Shown in pieces: positions 21,072-30,181 of a stretch of DNA of 64,000 bases (the stretch's first letter is position 1; the number at the start of each line of letters is the position of its first letter). The stretch covers positions 96,001-160,000 of the forward strand of contig JBBRLQ010000005.1 in the NCBI GenBank assembly GCA_038231275.1. Direction: 5' to 3'. The DNA is from Polyangiales bacterium. Lineage in GTDB: Bacteria > Myxococcota_A > Polyangia > Polyangiales > Polyangiaceae. The translations under genes and the position numbers were made by a program. Under the pieces are notes generated by a model that was not told where the DNA came from, searched no databases, and saw only the letters and a program-made list of their open reading frames with translations.

Positions 21072-22621
21072 GCCGCCACCTCTCGTCGCCCGCGCCGGCC
21101 GAAGCTCTCCCGCATGCGCGGATCGAGGACGCCGTACGCGACGTCGCTCGCGAGGATCGCCAGCGTCGTGACGACGGCGGTGACGAGCACGATGACGACG
21201 AGCCACGGCGCGTCGTGGGTCTCCACCGCGCGGAGAGTCTCCCACCCGAGCCCCGGCAGCGCGAAGACCTCTTCCACGACGAACGCTCCGCCGAGGAGCG
21301 CAGGGAACTGGAGCCCGGCGAGCGTCACGGTCGGCAGCATCGCGTTGCGGAGAGCGTGCACGACGACGACGCGGAACGCGCTGAGCCCCTTCGCGCGCGC
21401 GGTGCGGACATAGTCCTGCCCGATGACGTCGAGCATCGACGCGCGCTGGTACCGCGAGAGCGTCGCGAGCGAGCCGACCGTGAGCGCGACGACCGGCGCC
21501 GTCAGCGACCAAGATCCCGGCGTGCGCGCCAGCACCTGCGCCACCAGGAACGTGGGCATCGAGTAGAGGCCGAAGAGCACGAACGCCAGCGTGGTGTCGA
21601 TCGCCGTCCCGCGCCGCCACGCCGCGAGGACGCCGAGCGGGATGGCGAGCGCGTACGAGAGGAGCATCGCGAGCGCCGTGAGGCCCAACGTGAGCGGCGC
21701 GCGCGCGAAGAGCTTGCGGGTGATCGGCTCGCCGTCGCGGGTCGACAGGCCGAGCTCGCCCTTCGCCGCGCCGAGCATCCATCGTCCGTACCGCGTCTCG
21801 GTGAGGCTGCCGGCCACGCGCTCCGCGCCGTCGAGCTGCTCGTAGTCACCCTTGTGGATGAACCACCACGCGCGCCAATCGGAGATCGCGCGCTCCACGT
21901 CGGCGTCGCTGGAGGCTGGCGTGATGCGATGACCGCGCCTCGTCGCGTGAACGGCGAGGCTCGTCAGGCGATGGAGCGCCTCGCGATCGGTGGTCGTCTG
22001 CATCGCCGCGATCGTCTCGGTCAGCGCGAACGTGTCGACGAGGACGAGGTCCTTTTCGCGGATGTCGGTGCCGTGGAGGACGAGGCGGTGGACGGCGCGG
22101 CGCACGGCCGGCGACGTGAAATCGAGCGCGCGATCCTCCCAGAAGCGCTGCCAGAAGAGCGCCGCTTGCTCGGGATCGGAGAGCACCTTCGCGTCGCCGA
22201 GCCCCATTCGCTCGGCGATCGGCGCGAGGACGACGGCGACGCGACCGCGCTGCGTCGGAGGCAAGTTGTCGAGCTTCGGCAGGACGAACGGCAGCGCGGC
22301 GCCTCCCATGCGCACCAGCCGATGCGCCGCCAGGGTGGACGTCGCGTCTGCTGCGACGACGCGCGCGAGCGCCTCCTCCGCGCGCGTCCGCACGTCGGCG
22401 GGGCGCGCGTTGAAGAAGCGCGGCAGGTCGAGGAAATGCTGCCGGCGCTTCTCGTCGAGCTCGTCGAAACGAAACGGATCGAGCTCGAGCAGGCTCAGCG
22501 TGGCGTCCGCGTCCTCTCCCGCCGGATCCGGCAGGAGCGTCGTCACGAAGAAGACGACGAGGCTCACCCCGAAGAGCGTCGGGATGGCCCAGAGGACGCG
22601 CCGGAGCACGTGGCGGAGCAT
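21068..22621 (-). CDS. Peptide/nickel ABC permease (OppB/DppB family) with long insertion
   Basis: RRVLWAIPTLFGVS, DYVRTARAKGLS, HALRNA, VVEEVF and LDPR. Confidence 0.9.
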   Translation of the reverse strand: MLRHVLRRVLWAIPTLFGVSLVVFFVTTLLPDPAGEDADATLSLLELDPFRFDELDEKRRQHFLDLPRFFNARPADVRTRAEEALARVVAADATSTLAAHRLVRMGGAALPFVLPKLDNLPPTQRGRVAVVLAPIAERMGLGDAKVLSDPEQAALFWQRFWEDRALDFTSPAVRRAVHRLVLHGTDIREKDLVLVDTFALTETIAAMQTTTDREALHRLTSLAVHATRRGHRITPASSDADVERAISDWRAWWFIHKGDYEQLDGAERVAGSLTETRYGRWMLGAAKGELGLSTRDGEPITRKLFARAPLTLGLTALAMLLSYALAIPLGVLAAWRRGTAIDTTLAFVLFGLYSMPTFLVAQVLARTPGSWSLTAPVVALTVGSLATLSRYQRASMLDVIGQDYVRTARAKGLSAFRVVVVHALRNAMLPTVTLAGLQFPALLGGAFVVEEVFALPGLGWETLRAVETHDAPWLVVIVLVTAVVTTLAILASDVAYGVLDPRMRESFGRRGRREVAA

Positions 22622-22645
22622 GATCCCGATGGATCATCGCACGAA

Positions 22646-22864
22646 TCACTTCAGGATCACGTTGTCGAGCTTTCCGATCCGGGCGAAATCGGAGTCGAAG
22701 GTGACGAGCTGCGCTCCGACGTCGATCGCCGCCGCTGCGATCCAGATATCGTTCACGGGGATCGACGTCCCCGCTTCGCGAAGGGCGACGAAGATCTCGC
22801 CGTACCGTCGCGCCACACTCGGCGTCACGGGGAGCACTCCGACGAAATCCTCGCGCAGAAACTC
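22646..22864 (-). pseudogene. C-terminal remnant of a VapC/PIN toxin
   Basis: IPVNDIWIAAAA and LVTFDSDF PIN C-terminal motifs; in-frame TAG about 15 codons upstream, N-terminal PIN motif absent. Confidence 0.7.
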
Positions 22865-22921
22865 CCCGCCCGCCGCATCCGGGGTTTCAGCGCGCCGCGC
22901 TTTGCGCTACCCCAACCCGTA

Positions 22922-24682
22922 ATGAACGCCTCCTCCGACGATCTCCGTGCGCGCGCGCTGGCTTGGGCCGAAGCCGATCCCGATCCCGGGACAAAGGCCG
23001 AGCTCCTGGGTCTCCTCGCGGCGCCCGATCTCGCGAAGACGGATCTCGCGGATCGCTTCGCCGGCGCGCTCGAGTTCGGAACCGCGGGCCTGCGCGGCGT
23101 GCTCGGCGCTGGACCTAACCGGATGAACCGCGCGGTCGTGTTGCGGACCACGTGGGGCCTCGCGGCGTACCTGAAGGAGAAGGTCCCCGACGTGGCGTCG
23201 CGGGGTGTCGTCATCGGCTTCGACGGCCGCCACATGAGCCGCGAGTTCGCCGCCGACACGGCGGGCGTGCTCGCTTCGGCGGGCATCAAGGTGCACCTCT
23301 TCACGGACTACGCGCCGACGCCGCTCACCGCGTACGCGATCGGCAAGGTCGGCGCGCGCGCCGGCGTCATGGTGACGGCGAGCCACAACCCGCCCGAGTA
23401 CAACGGGTACAAGGCGTACTGGGGCAACGGCGCGCAGATCGTCCCGCCGGTGGACCAAGGCATCGCCGCCGCGATCGATCGCGCCCCCGCCGCGCGCGAC
23501 GTCCCACGCCTCTCGCTCGACGAAGCGCGGGCGAAGGGGCTCGTCGTCGATCTCGGCGAGGCGACCGAGCGCGCGTACCTCGACGCGATCCTCGCGCTCG
23601 GCGTCCCCGGTCGCGGCGATCGCTCGCTCTCGGTCGTGTATACGCCGATGCACGGCGTCGGCGGCAAGCTGGCGGGCCGCGTCTTCGCCGAGGCCGGGTA
23701 TGCGCGTTTCGTGCAGGTCCCAGAGCAGGCCGCTCCGGACGGCGCGTTCCCGACCGTGGCGTTCCCTAACCCCGAGGAAAAGGGCGCGATGGATCTCTCC
23801 TTCGCCCTCGCGAAAAAGGAGAAGGCCGATCTGGTCCTCGCCAACGATCCCGATGCCGATCGCTTGGCCGTCGCGCTCCCGCTCGCCAGCGCGCCTTCGG
23901 GTTACCTCCAGCTGACCGGCAACCAGGTCGGCGTCCTACTCGGGCACTACCTCTTGACCGAGCGCCCGCCGCCGTCCGGCAAGCCGCTCGTCATCGCGTC
24001 GCTCGTCTCGTCGCCGATGCTCGGTCACATCGCGGCGAAGCTCGGCGTTCGCTACGAAGAGACGCTCACCGGCTTCAAGTGGATCGCCAACCGCGCCATG
24101 GAACTCGAGAAGGAGGGGTACTCCTTCGTCTACGGCTACGAGGAAGCGCTCGGCTACACCGTCGGCGACGTGGTCCGCGACAAGGACGGCATCAGCGCCG
24201 CGCTCATCTTCGCAGAGCTGACGGCGGCGCTGCGCGAGAAGGGACAGACCGTGCTCGCCGCGCTCGAGGCCGTCTACCGCCAGTACGGCCTCTTCGTGAG
24301 CTCGCAGGTGAACATCACGAAGAAGGGGGCCGACGGCGCCGCGCAGATCAAGGGGATGATGCAGAAGCTCCGCGCGAGCCGGCCCTCGACGGTCGGGGAC
24401 ACGAAGATCGTCGCGGTCAGCGACTACGACGCCCAGACGCGCCGCGCGGCAGACGGCAAGACGACCGCGTTGTCACTCCCGAAGTCGAACGTCCTCGCGT
24501 ACGAGCTCGAGGGGGGCAGCCGCATCATTGCCCGCCCGAGCGGCACCGAGCCCAAGATCAAGTTCTACTTCGACGTCCGCGAAGAGATGCGCGCGGGCGA
24601 GGGCCTCCTCGACGCCGAGGCTCGCGCTGGCGCGTCGATGGAGAAGCTCGCCGCTGCGTGGACCACGCAGCTCGGGGCCTGA
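22922..24682 (+). CDS. Phosphomannomutase/phosphoglucomutase
   Basis: FGTAGLRG, TASHNP, DPDADR, GYEEALG and RPSGTEPKIK. Confidence 0.95.
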   Translation: MNASSDDLRARALAWAEADPDPGTKAELLGLLAAPDLAKTDLADRFAGALEFGTAGLRGVLGAGPNRMNRAVVLRTTWGLAAYLKEKVPDVASRGVVIGFDGRHMSREFAADTAGVLASAGIKVHLFTDYAPTPLTAYAIGKVGARAGVMVTASHNPPEYNGYKAYWGNGAQIVPPVDQGIAAAIDRAPAARDVPRLSLDEARAKGLVVDLGEATERAYLDAILALGVPGRGDRSLSVVYTPMHGVGGKLAGRVFAEAGYARFVQVPEQAAPDGAFPTVAFPNPEEKGAMDLSFALAKKEKADLVLANDPDADRLAVALPLASAPSGYLQLTGNQVGVLLGHYLLTERPPPSGKPLVIASLVSSPMLGHIAAKLGVRYEETLTGFKWIANRAMELEKEGYSFVYGYEEALGYTVGDVVRDKDGISAALIFAELTAALREKGQTVLAALEAVYRQYGLFVSSQVNITKKGADGAAQIKGMMQKLRASRPSTVGDTKIVAVSDYDAQTRRAADGKTTALSLPKSNVLAYELEGGSRIIARPSGTEPKIKFYFDVREEMRAGEGLLDAEARAGASMEKLAAAWTTQLGA

Positions 24683-24713
24683 AAGTTGTATGACCAATTT
24701 GTATTACAACTTT
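24682..24713. promoter_or_regulatory. AT-rich palindromic operator-like site
   Basis: AAAGTTGTA-N14-TACAACTTT with perfect 9-bp arms in a GC-rich background. Confidence 0.6.
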
Positions 24714-24756
24714 GAGGGGTATTCCCGTCCCGCAAAAGCGCCCGCCGCGGCATCTC

Positions 24757-24785
24757 TTGACAAGAGCCCGACATTCCACCATAAA
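24757..24785 (+). promoter_or_regulatory. Sigma70-type promoter for rpmI-rplT
   Basis: TTGACA-N17-CATAAA. Confidence 0.6.
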
Positions 24786-24879
24786 CCCGCTCCCCGCATC
24801 AGGCAGGCCTCGCAACGCCAATTTACCCAATGGTTTTGGGATTGGCGGCCTCACCGGAGCGGCAGTTAGGAAGGCACCC

Positions 24880-25077
24880 ATGCCCAAGATGAAGACGAAG
24901 AAGACCGCCGCGAAGCGGTTCAAGGTGAGCGGCAGCGGCCGCGTTCGCCGCCCGAAGGGTGGCGGAAACCACGGGATGCAGGAGAAGTCGCGCAAGCGCC
25001 TCCGCCGCCTTCGCAACAACGACATGGTCCACAAGTCGCTGCAGAAGCACATCAAGCGGATGCTGCCGTACGGCTGA
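24880..25077 (+). CDS. rpmI: 50S ribosomal protein L35
   Basis: MPKMKTKKTAAKRFK...LPY. Confidence 0.97.
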   Translation: MPKMKTKKTAAKRFKVSGSGRVRRPKGGGNHGMQEKSRKRLRRLRNNDMVHKSLQKHIKRMLPYG

Positions 25078-25095
25078 TCTGAAGGAGAATTAGAT

Positions 25096-25449
25096 ATGCC
25101 GCGCGCAAAACGTGGATTCAAGGCTCGTCGCCGTCGTAACCGCCTGCTCAAGCACGCCTCGGGCTTTCACAGTGCCCGCTCGCGCCTCTTCGCCTACGCG
25201 CAAGAGGTCGTTCGCAAGTCGTGGGTGTACGCGTACGCCCATCGCAAGCTGAAGAAGCGCGATTTCCGTCGCCTGTGGATCGCGCGCATCAACGCTGCGG
25301 CCCGCGCGAACGGGACGTCGTACTCCCGCCTCATGCACGGCCTGAAGACGGCCAAGATCGCGCTCGACCGCAAGGTGCTCAGCGATCTGGCGATCGTCGA
25401 CGCGACCGCCTTCACCAAGATCGTCAAGACCGCCGCCGCCGCGAAGTGA
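25096..25449 (+). CDS. rplT: 50S ribosomal protein L20
   Basis: KKRDFRRLWIARINAA and LDRKVLSDLA; AAGGAG RBS. Confidence 0.97.
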   Translation: MPRAKRGFKARRRRNRLLKHASGFHSARSRLFAYAQEVVRKSWVYAYAHRKLKKRDFRRLWIARINAAARANGTSYSRLMHGLKTAKIALDRKVLSDLAIVDATAFTKIVKTAAAAK

Positions 25450-26270
25450 CCTTCGCCGGGGGAGGCATCGATCATCCTGCGCTGCCGTACGAGCGCTCCG
25501 TCAGGGAGCTTCGTACGCGCGCGCGCATCGCCGTCGGCGCGCTCGGCGTGACGATGCTCGCGCGCGCGTGGGACATCGGCGGACGTGCGTGGTCGATCGC
25601 GCTGCTGAAGTCGTTTGTCGCCGCGGACGAGGTGGGACAGGCATCGATCATGGGCGACCTGGAGAGTGCCGACCGGCTCGTGAACTTCGGCGCGATCGTC
25701 ATCAACTCGATGCTCTTGGTGACCGCCATCGCGTTTCTCTTCTGGGTACACCGCCTGGTGACACTGACGCGGGCGCTAGGCGGGCAAGGCTTGCGATGGA
25801 CGCCGGGCCAGGCGGTCTGGGGATTCTTAATTCCCATCCTCAGCCTCGTACGCCCGTTCCAGGTGCTCCGCGACGTGCAGCAGGCGCTGGAGCCCGAGGA
25901 GATCGAGTCGCCCGCGCCGCGCGTCGATCCTAGCGCACTTACGGATTACCGCAGCGTGGCGCTCGTGATGCCGCCCGCCGCGAAGGAGCTGCCGCGCTTC
26001 TTCATCGGAGCGTGGTGGGGGTCGTTCGTGATGACGAACCTGGTCAGCCGACTGGCGACGATCGGAACGTTTTCGAAGGGCGCGGAGGGCGTGATCTGGC
26101 GGTACGACTGGGCGATCGTCGCCGGCGTGCTCGCGGTGGTCGCCGCCGGGCTCGCGATTCGCGTCGTGCGCGGTTTGACGGCGCGCCTCGACGAGCGCTT
26201 TCGTCGGATCCGCCACTCGACGCCCGAAGCGTTGGCCGCCCAGCAAATCGAGATCGAGCCGCATCGTTAG
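25446..26270 (+). CDS. DUF4328-family membrane protein
   Basis: FLFWVHR, WTPGQAVWGFLIPILSL..PFQV and GAWW motifs. Confidence 0.7.
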   Translation: MTFAGGGIDHPALPYERSVRELRTRARIAVGALGVTMLARAWDIGGRAWSIALLKSFVAADEVGQASIMGDLESADRLVNFGAIVINSMLLVTAIAFLFWVHRLVTLTRALGGQGLRWTPGQAVWGFLIPILSLVRPFQVLRDVQQALEPEEIESPAPRVDPSALTDYRSVALVMPPAAKELPRFFIGAWWGSFVMTNLVSRLATIGTFSKGAEGVIWRYDWAIVAGVLAVVAAGLAIRVVRGLTARLDERFRRIRHSTPEALAAQQIEIEPHR

Positions 26271-26349
26271 GCTTCGCTCAGGGCCTGACCAGAAAAGCCG
26301 GTCAGGCATTCCCGTCAGGAGCGTTTCGCTCCGCTGCGCTTCGCTCCAC

Positions 26350-27339
26350 TCAGCGCGCGGCTTCGGCGGCCGCGCGGACGTCGAATGCCAGCGCGCACGC
26401 GTCGAGGCCGCTCGCGAACTCGGTTCGTGAGGTCTGCGACCATGGCGTTGGGTCGACGCGACGACGCATGCGCAGGAGCACCTTGCCGGCGGCGAGGTCG
26501 ATGAGCGCCACGCGGACGTCGTGCGCGCGCTCGCCGTCGAGCTCGGTGAGGCCTCCGGGCGTGCCCGGCTCGTCGACGGCGACGAGCAGAACCTCTGCGC
26601 GCGCCGCCTGTCGTGCGCGCGCGAGCGGGGCGCGTTCGAGCTCCGTGCGAAGCGCTGCGAGCTCTTTCGGTTCCTTGGCCGCGACGACGCGCGCAGACCA
26701 CGGCGGCGAAAGGAGCGGCATCCCGACCTCGGCCTCGTGGAGGCGCCGTACGTTTGGCGTCCTCGTCTCCACCGACGCGACGCTCCCGTACGCGGCGCGA
26801 ACCTTCGGGAGCAGCGCCTTCTCCGTTCGTGCGGCCGGAGGGTCGGCCAAGCAGACGACCAGCGCGTCCTTGAGCGACGCGGCCGCCGCGCGGCGTGATC
26901 TCTCGATCGAGCCGAAATCCTCGAGCGGCCCGCGCACGTACACGATCGGTCGCATCACGAGCGCCCCGAGCGCCCCGGGCGCGCGCAGCTCCGGGACGAC
27001 GAGATCGCCTTCGAACGCGCCGCCCGCGCGCGGGAGCCACGCCTCAATGCGCGCCACCGCGCCGTCGTCCGCCGCCGTCAGCTGCGCGCGCTCCTTCTGC
27101 ACTGCCGCGAGCAGCGACGCGCGATCGCGCTCGAACGCTTGCTGCTCGCCCCGTCTCACCATCACGACCGCCACAACGACCGAGACGACGGTGAGCACGA
27201 TCACGAGGCGTACGATCGACATCAGCCGCGGCGTCGTGAAGCGATGCGTGCTCGGGCGCCCGCGTCTCCCCGAGACGCTCGCCTCCACGCGCGCCGCGAG
27301 GGCGGGCGACATCTTCGACGTGACGAGGAGCGTCGGCAT
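26350..27339 (-). CDS. Hypothetical single-TM protein
   Basis: GC-type codon usage, one N-proximal TM, 6 nt downstream of the MutS-like gene. Confidence 0.65.
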   Translation of the reverse strand: MPTLLVTSKMSPALAARVEASVSGRRGRPSTHRFTTPRLMSIVRLVIVLTVVSVVVAVVMVRRGEQQAFERDRASLLAAVQKERAQLTAADDGAVARIEAWLPRAGGAFEGDLVVPELRAPGALGALVMRPIVYVRGPLEDFGSIERSRRAAAASLKDALVVCLADPPAARTEKALLPKVRAAYGSVASVETRTPNVRRLHEAEVGMPLLSPPWSARVVAAKEPKELAALRTELERAPLARARQAARAEVLLVAVDEPGTPGGLTELDGERAHDVRVALIDLAAGKVLLRMRRRVDPTPWSQTSRTEFASGLDACALAFDVRAAAEAAR

Positions 27340-27345
27340 CCGCGC

Positions 27346-28986
27346 TCAGCCCGTCGGCGCCTGCCGCGCTGCAGCGGCGATGTTCCGCTCGATGAGCGCC
27401 ATCAGCTGATCGCCGGTGACGCCGAGGCGCGCCGCCGCGTGCCCTGCGAGCGACGTCTTCGCGACGCCCGGCACGAACTGGTACGTCGGCTCGTGGCTCG
27501 GACCGAGCTGCACTTGCAAAAAGCGCAGATCCTCGATCTTCCGCTCCTGCTCGAGCCGCGCCGCGAACGCGAGAAAGTGCGTCGTGATGAACGCCTGCGG
27601 GCGGAGGCGCGTCAGCATGCGGATGACGAGCTCGAAGATCTCCTCGCCCTCCGACGGGTTCGTGCCGGAGCAGAGCTCGTCGAGGAGCACCATCGCGCCC
27701 GGAGGAAGACGCTCGAAGAGCGCGCGGATGCGAATGAGCTCCATCCCGAGGCGCCCCTCCGCCTGATCGGCGGTCGTGTCCTGGATGAGCGACACGACGA
27801 GGGACGGCGCCGGCGCGAGACGAGCGACGCGCGCAGGAACGAAGAGCCCCCCCTGCGCGAGGAGCTGCGCGAGGCCCAGCGATTGGAGGAGGCGCGTCTT
27901 GCCGCCGGAGTTCGGCCCGGTGAGGAGCAGCGTCGTGTCGGGCCGATCGGTGCGCACGTCGCAGGGCACCGGCGCCGTGCCGTGCGCGAGGAGGAGCGGG
28001 TTCCACAGCCCCTCGAGCACGCGCGGCGAGCCGGCGGTCGCGAGCTCGGGCAGGCACACGTCCAGCCCTGCCGCCTGCGCGCGCTCCCGAAATCCGAGCG
28101 CGCCGAGGTAGAGCTCGAGATCGCCAGTGAGCTGGACGATTCGAACGAGCTCGTCCTCGATGCCGTCGTAGACCGCGTCGATGAGGCGCGCCATCACCTC
28201 GCCGTCGCTGAACCCGTAGCCGCGCACGAAGAGCTCGAGCTTCGCGAGCCACCGCCGCGCCGCCCCCGCGACGAACGGGTTCTCGGTGTGCTCCTGGATT
28301 CCCATGAGCTGAAATCCGCGAATTTTCCCGTCGGCGCCGACGCTCACCTTGAGGTTCAGGGTCGCGAGCTGCTCGTCGTACCGAAGCAGATCGGCGAGCG
28401 AGCGGTACGGCTCGCTGGCCTGGACGCGCGCGCCGAACTCCGCGAGGCGGGACAGCCCGGACCGCGCGCCCGCGAAGCCCTTCGCCATCGCATCGATCAT
28501 CTCTTTGACGAGCGCGAGGATGTCGAGCTGACGTCGGTTCGAGTCCCACTTGCCGACGCCGGTGGCGCCCTCGAGGAGCGTCCGAAACCGGCACACGAGG
28601 CCGTACAGCTTGCCGAGCTCCTCTGCGAGCGCAGGCGACTCGACGAGCTCCTTCGCGACTCCGCGTCGATGCGCGACGATCGCCGGATCCGACGGCGGGC
28701 GCGTGAGCAGCTTCACGAGGTGGGTCGTCGCGAGCAGCGCGTCGCCGCCCCCGAGCTTCACCTTGAACGACAGCGCGACGAAATTCTGAACGAACAGATC
28801 GTGCTCGAAGAGCTCCGGCTGCCACGTCGACGGCGCGAAGGTCGCGCGCTCCAGCGCCTCCGCGAAGAGGCCGCCCGACACGCCGCTCGCGAACGCCAGC
28901 GCCATCGCCAGCCGCGTATGCTCGACGTCGACGCGGCTCTGGGGGACGGGGTGCAGCAGATCCGGAATCAGGACAGGCTCGTGCAC
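27346..28986 (-). CDS. MutS-related ATPase (domain V; not MutS1)
   Basis: LWNPLL, LLTGPNSGGKT, LLDELCSGT and FITTHF. Confidence 0.85.
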   Translation of the reverse strand: MHEPVLIPDLLHPVPQSRVDVEHTRLAMALAFASGVSGGLFAEALERATFAPSTWQPELFEHDLFVQNFVALSFKVKLGGGDALLATTHLVKLLTRPPSDPAIVAHRRGVAKELVESPALAEELGKLYGLVCRFRTLLEGATGVGKWDSNRRQLDILALVKEMIDAMAKGFAGARSGLSRLAEFGARVQASEPYRSLADLLRYDEQLATLNLKVSVGADGKIRGFQLMGIQEHTENPFVAGAARRWLAKLELFVRGYGFSDGEVMARLIDAVYDGIEDELVRIVQLTGDLELYLGALGFRERAQAAGLDVCLPELATAGSPRVLEGLWNPLLLAHGTAPVPCDVRTDRPDTTLLLTGPNSGGKTRLLQSLGLAQLLAQGGLFVPARVARLAPAPSLVVSLIQDTTADQAEGRLGMELIRIRALFERLPPGAMVLLDELCSGTNPSEGEEIFELVIRMLTRLRPQAFITTHFLAFAARLEQERKIEDLRFLQVQLGPSHEPTYQFVPGVAKTSLAGHAAARLGVTGDQLMALIERNIAAAARQAPTG

Positions 28987-29064
28987 GACGCTTCCTCCTC
29001 TAACACCCAGAGACCCGGCTGTCTTTGGTCGCCGCGTCGGCAGGTGTGGTAGACGTTCTGGCCC

Positions 29065-30111
29065 ATGGATTCGCCCATCGACGAAGCGCTCGCGCGCCTG
29101 CGGGGAGAGTTCCCCGCCCGGTTCGAGCAGGCGCAGACCGAGCAGGCGCTCCGCGACGAGAACGCCAAGATCCTCGGCAAAAAGGGCGAGCTGACCGCCA
29201 TCCTGAAGGACATGGGCAAGCTCGCGCCCGACGCCCGCAAGGCCATTGGCGAGAAGGTGAACGTCGTCAAGCAGGAGGTCGAGAAGAAGTTCCACGCGTG
29301 CCTCCTCGCGCTCGCGAAGGCGAAGCGCGCCGCGGATCTCGACGCGCGCCCGTTCGATCTCTCGCTCCCCGGCCGCGTGCCGGTGCCGCTCGGCCACAAG
29401 CACCCGATCTCGATCGTCCGCGAAGAGGTCGTCGAGATCTTCCGCGGCATGGGCTTCGCGGTGCACGACGGACCGGACGTCGATCTCGAAGAGAACAACT
29501 TCACCAAGCTCGGCTTCCCGCCCGATCACCCGGCGACCGACATGCAGGACAGCTTCTGGACGACGTCCGGGCACCTGCTCCGCACTCACACGAGCAACAT
29601 CCAGGTCCGCGCGATGACGACGCACGCGCCGCCGATGGCGTTCATTGCGCCCGGCAGCGTCTTCCGCCGCGACGACGACGCGACCCACTCGCCGATGTTC
29701 CACCAGCTCGAGGCGTTCCTCATCGACGAGAACGTGTCCCTCGCACACCTCAAGGGCGTCCTCGCGGAGTTCGCCGAGCGCATGTACGGCCCCGGCACGC
29801 CGGTGCGCCTGCGCCCCAGCTACTTCCCGTTCGTCGAGCCTGGCGCCGAGGTCGACGTGGCGTGTGTATTCTGCAAGCAACCCGACGGCACCCGCAAGGG
29901 CTGCAACATGTGCAAGCACACCGGCTGGATCGAGATCCTGGGCTGCGGGATGATCCACCCCGTCGTCTTCGAGGCGTGCGGCATCGATCCCGAGAAGTGG
30001 ACCGGCTTCGCGCTCGGCATGGGCCTCGAGCGCATCGCGATCCTCCGGTACGGCATCCCCAACATCAAGCTCATGTTCGAGAGCGATCCGCGCTTCCTCG
30101 CGCAGTTCTGA
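29065..30111 (+). CDS. pheS: Phenylalanine-tRNA ligase alpha subunit
   Basis: HPATDMQDSF, LLRTHTS, DATHSPMFHQ, RPSYFPFVEP and GMGLERIA. Confidence 0.98.
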   Translation: MDSPIDEALARLRGEFPARFEQAQTEQALRDENAKILGKKGELTAILKDMGKLAPDARKAIGEKVNVVKQEVEKKFHACLLALAKAKRAADLDARPFDLSLPGRVPVPLGHKHPISIVREEVVEIFRGMGFAVHDGPDVDLEENNFTKLGFPPDHPATDMQDSFWTTSGHLLRTHTSNIQVRAMTTHAPPMAFIAPGSVFRRDDDATHSPMFHQLEAFLIDENVSLAHLKGVLAEFAERMYGPGTPVRLRPSYFPFVEPGAEVDVACVFCKQPDGTRKGCNMCKHTGWIEILGCGMIHPVVFEACGIDPEKWTGFALGMGLERIAILRYGIPNIKLMFESDPRFLAQF

Positions 30112-30181
30112 GGCTCGTTCGGCGCTCGTGCACGGCTGTCGCTTTCGAGGTCCGCGCGTGCGATATTTGTCGGTCTAGGAA

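Noticed and set aside
21215-22921. Long N-terminal extension of the 1155-aa ORF
   Set aside because: Antisense shadow of oppB; mutase homology starts at ATG 22922
24682-24713. dif or parS identity for the AT-rich palindrome
   Set aside because: Does not match the XerC/D dif or parS (TGTTTCACGTGAAACA) consensus
28987-29958. N-terminal extension of the 870-aa MutS-like ORF
   Set aside because: Antisense to pheS; typical GC-rich shadow frame
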